This document shows positions 61,179 to 64,000 of a stretch of 64,000 nucleotides of DNA, in pieces (the first letter of the stretch is position 1; every line of letters begins with the position of its first letter). The notes under the pieces are model-generated. The model did no database searches. It was not told where the DNA came from and worked only from the letters and a program-made list of their open reading frames with translations. The stretch is from positions 3,224,001-3,288,000 of the forward strand of contig CATNEN010000002.1 of the NCBI GenBank assembly GCA_950097015.1, in the 5' to 3' direction. The stretch comes from Macrostomum hystrix (lineage: Eukaryota > Animalia > Platyhelminthes). The position numbers and the translations under genes were made by a program.

Positions 61179-64000
61179 TTAATATGAGCCGATCAGCTCG
61201 GCTATAAACAGCACCCATAAAGGCAAAACCAGTGCACTTGATATCGCTATTATATACTTAGCACATTGAACTCGGCCATTCCATTTGAATGGCAATAGTT
61301 AGGTGGAAATGGAAATGGAATGGAAGCAAAGCTATTGGTTAGCTTACACTCTTCACAATCGGGTCGCTGTCCTCTTGGTCGGCCCACAATCTTGTCTGCA
61401 TAGCCTTCCTCGCAGCTGAAATCGTTGAACAAGGAGAGCAAGCAGTACATGTACCATGCATGAATGAATGCTTGTTTCCCATGTAGAACTTTCGCTTTTC
61501 GAATGTGAAATCTTATCTAACCACGACTCGGCAAGCGACTATTAGACTCTGCTGAGGTACTGAGTTTTTTACCTGATTTTCCTCCTAGACTCTTAATAAC
61601 CAACCAGGTAATTTAAAGGCTATTTTATCTTCTGTCTGAATTGAACTGGATTTTGGTCTTACGTGCCACAACCCGGAGAGTTCCTGTAGCCTTCTAGGCA
61701 GGGAACACACTTCCACCTGTTCACAGTTGAGTTGTAGTCCACAATCTTGTGGAAATCCCCGGTTGTCTTGCAGTCCTGACGATGAAATTGTTAAGTCTTG
61801 ATGTAAAACATTTGAATTACGGTTTGCTGCCAAACCATTTGGTGATATCAGCTTTCATTTGAGTTTATCTTATTCCACTGTTTAGTTACCTCAGTCCAGC
61901 TTGCAATCAACATGGACTTCGATCGTGACAACTTGTTGCGAAAACTAATTCATGGTACTCCACAATTTCAGCTGCGGAGATAAAAATTTCAAGAGCCAAC
62001 TTGTTTCTTGTGTCGCAGGTTCACATGTCTTATTGAACGGGCCACCGCCTGCCGCCAGCAGTTATTGTTAAAACCTGAAAAATGCCCTGAAAAATCGCCT
62101 AACGCTCTTCCACAGATCCTACGAAGATGTTTGCGTTAATTCTGTTTGCGCAGAAAATTGATTTGCGCAATCTTTCAGGGGCCAGGTTGCTGCCCGGGCC
62201 ACCGCCTGCCGCCAGCAGCTGCGTTTAAAACCTGAAAAATGCGCCCAGCATCTTAGGAGGCCCTGTGAAGTGGGCGGCATGGTGCCGACTTGCAAAGATG
62301 CAGAAATGCAAACGTGACCCCTGGTACGGGTTTAGTCTTTGTTATAAAAACATGGAAAACTGCTTTGACCTTAGATTTGCTTGCTGAACCCTTCCGCCGA
62401 AATTCAGGTTTCTCTTGTCATTTGTCCCGTCCTATGCGAATCATTTGCTAAACCAGCTTTATCAGTTGTAAAACTGCTCCAAAGTGATCCAGGTGATGGA
62501 CCCAAGCCTTGCATTTTCCGAGGTTCAATTGCAAATAGCTGCTTCTCTGACAAAATTTGTGAATTTCCCCTGTCCCTCGGCTCAGAACCTTCGTGCAACA
62601 ATTGCGCTAACGTCAACTGTGACCTTAAAAGGGCACCCGTCTGCTGGTTTTTGGCCTTACCTCACAGAAAGCGCCCTGGTAGGGATCGGGGCAAACAGTG
62701 CAGCGCTCTACGGGAGCTGGTTCAGCACCCGAGCTGGTGTTGGTACTTGACTGGTACGTGATGTCCAGAATGCACACGTTTATCTGGCCCTGGAATTGGT
62801 AGATCCGGAAGAAAATTCCACGCAGATCAGCGAGGGCGGTCATCACGTCCATTCTAGTGACGGCCGAACCGTCGATGGCACGCAGGTTCTGCTCGTCGAG
62901 TGTCACGGAGAAGCGAGTCTCTGGGGCGCGGTTGGTGGTTCGGTCCCAATACACCAAGGTCTGGCCTCTCCAGCCCTGTTAGTTGGATGAACAATAATGC
63001 ATTTGAATGTAAATAACAGATGCCATTGTTGAGCAAAGCACTCTGATTTTCGACATTTCCTAAATATGACTGTCATTCTTCATCTCAAGCACGCTCGCTG
63101 TTACGATCGTCTTCCATTCTGCTAAGCAGTTTTTTCACTTTTCCCAACGGCCCCTGTCAATTTTAGCATAGACGCTGTCGCCGTACCTTGATGCCGAAGA
63201 TTGGGAACGCCGTATCGGCCGTCAGCGCTGTGTCCATGCGCACGTTGACTCGCACGGTGAAGCTCAATTTGCCGCCGTAGGCTGCCAGCTGAAAATGAAA
63301 GTTCACACGATTTCTTTTATTTTACATCACGAACTTGGATTCAGAGTGTCCCAGACTGTTGTCTAGCCGTACCCGCTTGCCAGACAAGCTCGTCAAGAAC
63401 ACGTAGGACTCGTCATCGTCTCGCAAAGCTGACGAGTCGTCTCCAGTTGGGGCCACGGCTATCTCCGCTCCGGACTGTACTGTGAGCTTGGCGCGTGAAG
63501 TAGCGTCCTCGTACACTCCGTACAGGCCCCAGCCCATCAAACGCACCGCGGATGCTTCCACTGGTACTCGCTTCTGCAGTCGTGTGTCAAATGAAACCAT
63601 GTACAGTTGATAAGCATGTCGAGACAAATTTATTAACCTATTCTAAACTGATGAGAGACTTTTCTGTACCTCTTCGAAGTAAAGGCCGGCATTTTCGCAA
63701 GCATTCGATCGGTCGGAGCAGAAGCAGGGCACGCATCCATCCGGGTGGTCCCGCCTGAGACTGTGGAAGCCCGGCTTGCACTTGTCACAGTTTTCACCTT
63801 TCACGTTCGCCTGAATTCGAAAGATGAAACAATTTCCAATTAGCTTTTTTCGTTGCACTTTATGCTCATGTGGCTCTGTACTTTTAGTATTTTCTTTAGG
63901 ATGAAACAAAATCTGCAATCAGCTGCTCACCTTGCAATTGCAGACGTTGTTCTGACAAATGCCACCGATGTTGCAGGTCTTGTTGCAGTCGATGCCAGTG
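61179..64000 (-). CDS. Laminin/perlecan-like gene, 3' part (LE repeats + laminin IV/B domain); exons 64000-63931, 63810-63670, 63573-63373, 63288-63187, 62975-62661, 61775-61663, 61415-61348 and candidate terminal exon 61246-61179
   Basis: CKANVKGENCDKCKPGF...GCVPCFC (LE), GKRLAAYGGKLSFTV and VTRMDVMTALADLRGIFFR (laminin IV), VERCTVCPDPYQGAFCEDC (LE). Intron phases are compatible throughout. Confidence 0.75.

Noticed and set aside
62039-62245. Two copies of GGGCCACCGCCTGCCGCCAGCAG...AAAACCTGAAAAATGC in a laminin intron
   Set aside because: Too short and unstructured to assign; probably a local duplication or repeat fragment.

Overview
This is eukaryotic (animal) genomic DNA: GT-AG introns, GC-rich exons, and dense satellites, SINEs and DNA transposons. 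The style suggests a free-living flatworm such as Macrostomum, but that is inference only. Host genes I could rebuild with splice sites and consistent intron phases are a CEP164-like WW protein, an RNF217-type RBR E3 ligase with extra IBR/RING-like modules, a 78-aa secreted peptide, syntaxin-16 (5 exons) and the 3' part of a laminin/perlecan-like gene. The core of the window (14.7-47.5 kb) is a seven-member paralog cluster. Six members have one shared phase-2 intron joining an LRAT/PLAAT-type (H-box/NC) catalytic exon to a variant UBR-box-type zinc-finger exon; the seventh is a truncated 5' half. All seven start Met-Cys. The truncated copy is fused through a 36 x 45-bp array to a long intact ORF with two C2H2 fingers, a tyrosine recombinase-like domain and a C-terminal PWWP chromatin reader. 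A second, frameshifted PWWP lies at 56.3 kb. Mobile elements with visible ends include a deleted P/THAP element (112-bp TIRs, 8-bp TSD), a LINE interrupted by a solo LTR (CATA TSD), a mariner remnant interrupted by a TRIM-like LTR element (tRNA-Glu-like PBS), a hAT-like MITE (8-bp TSD), a foldback-like element and two tRNA-derived SINE families. No database searches were run, so all family calls come from motif recognition.
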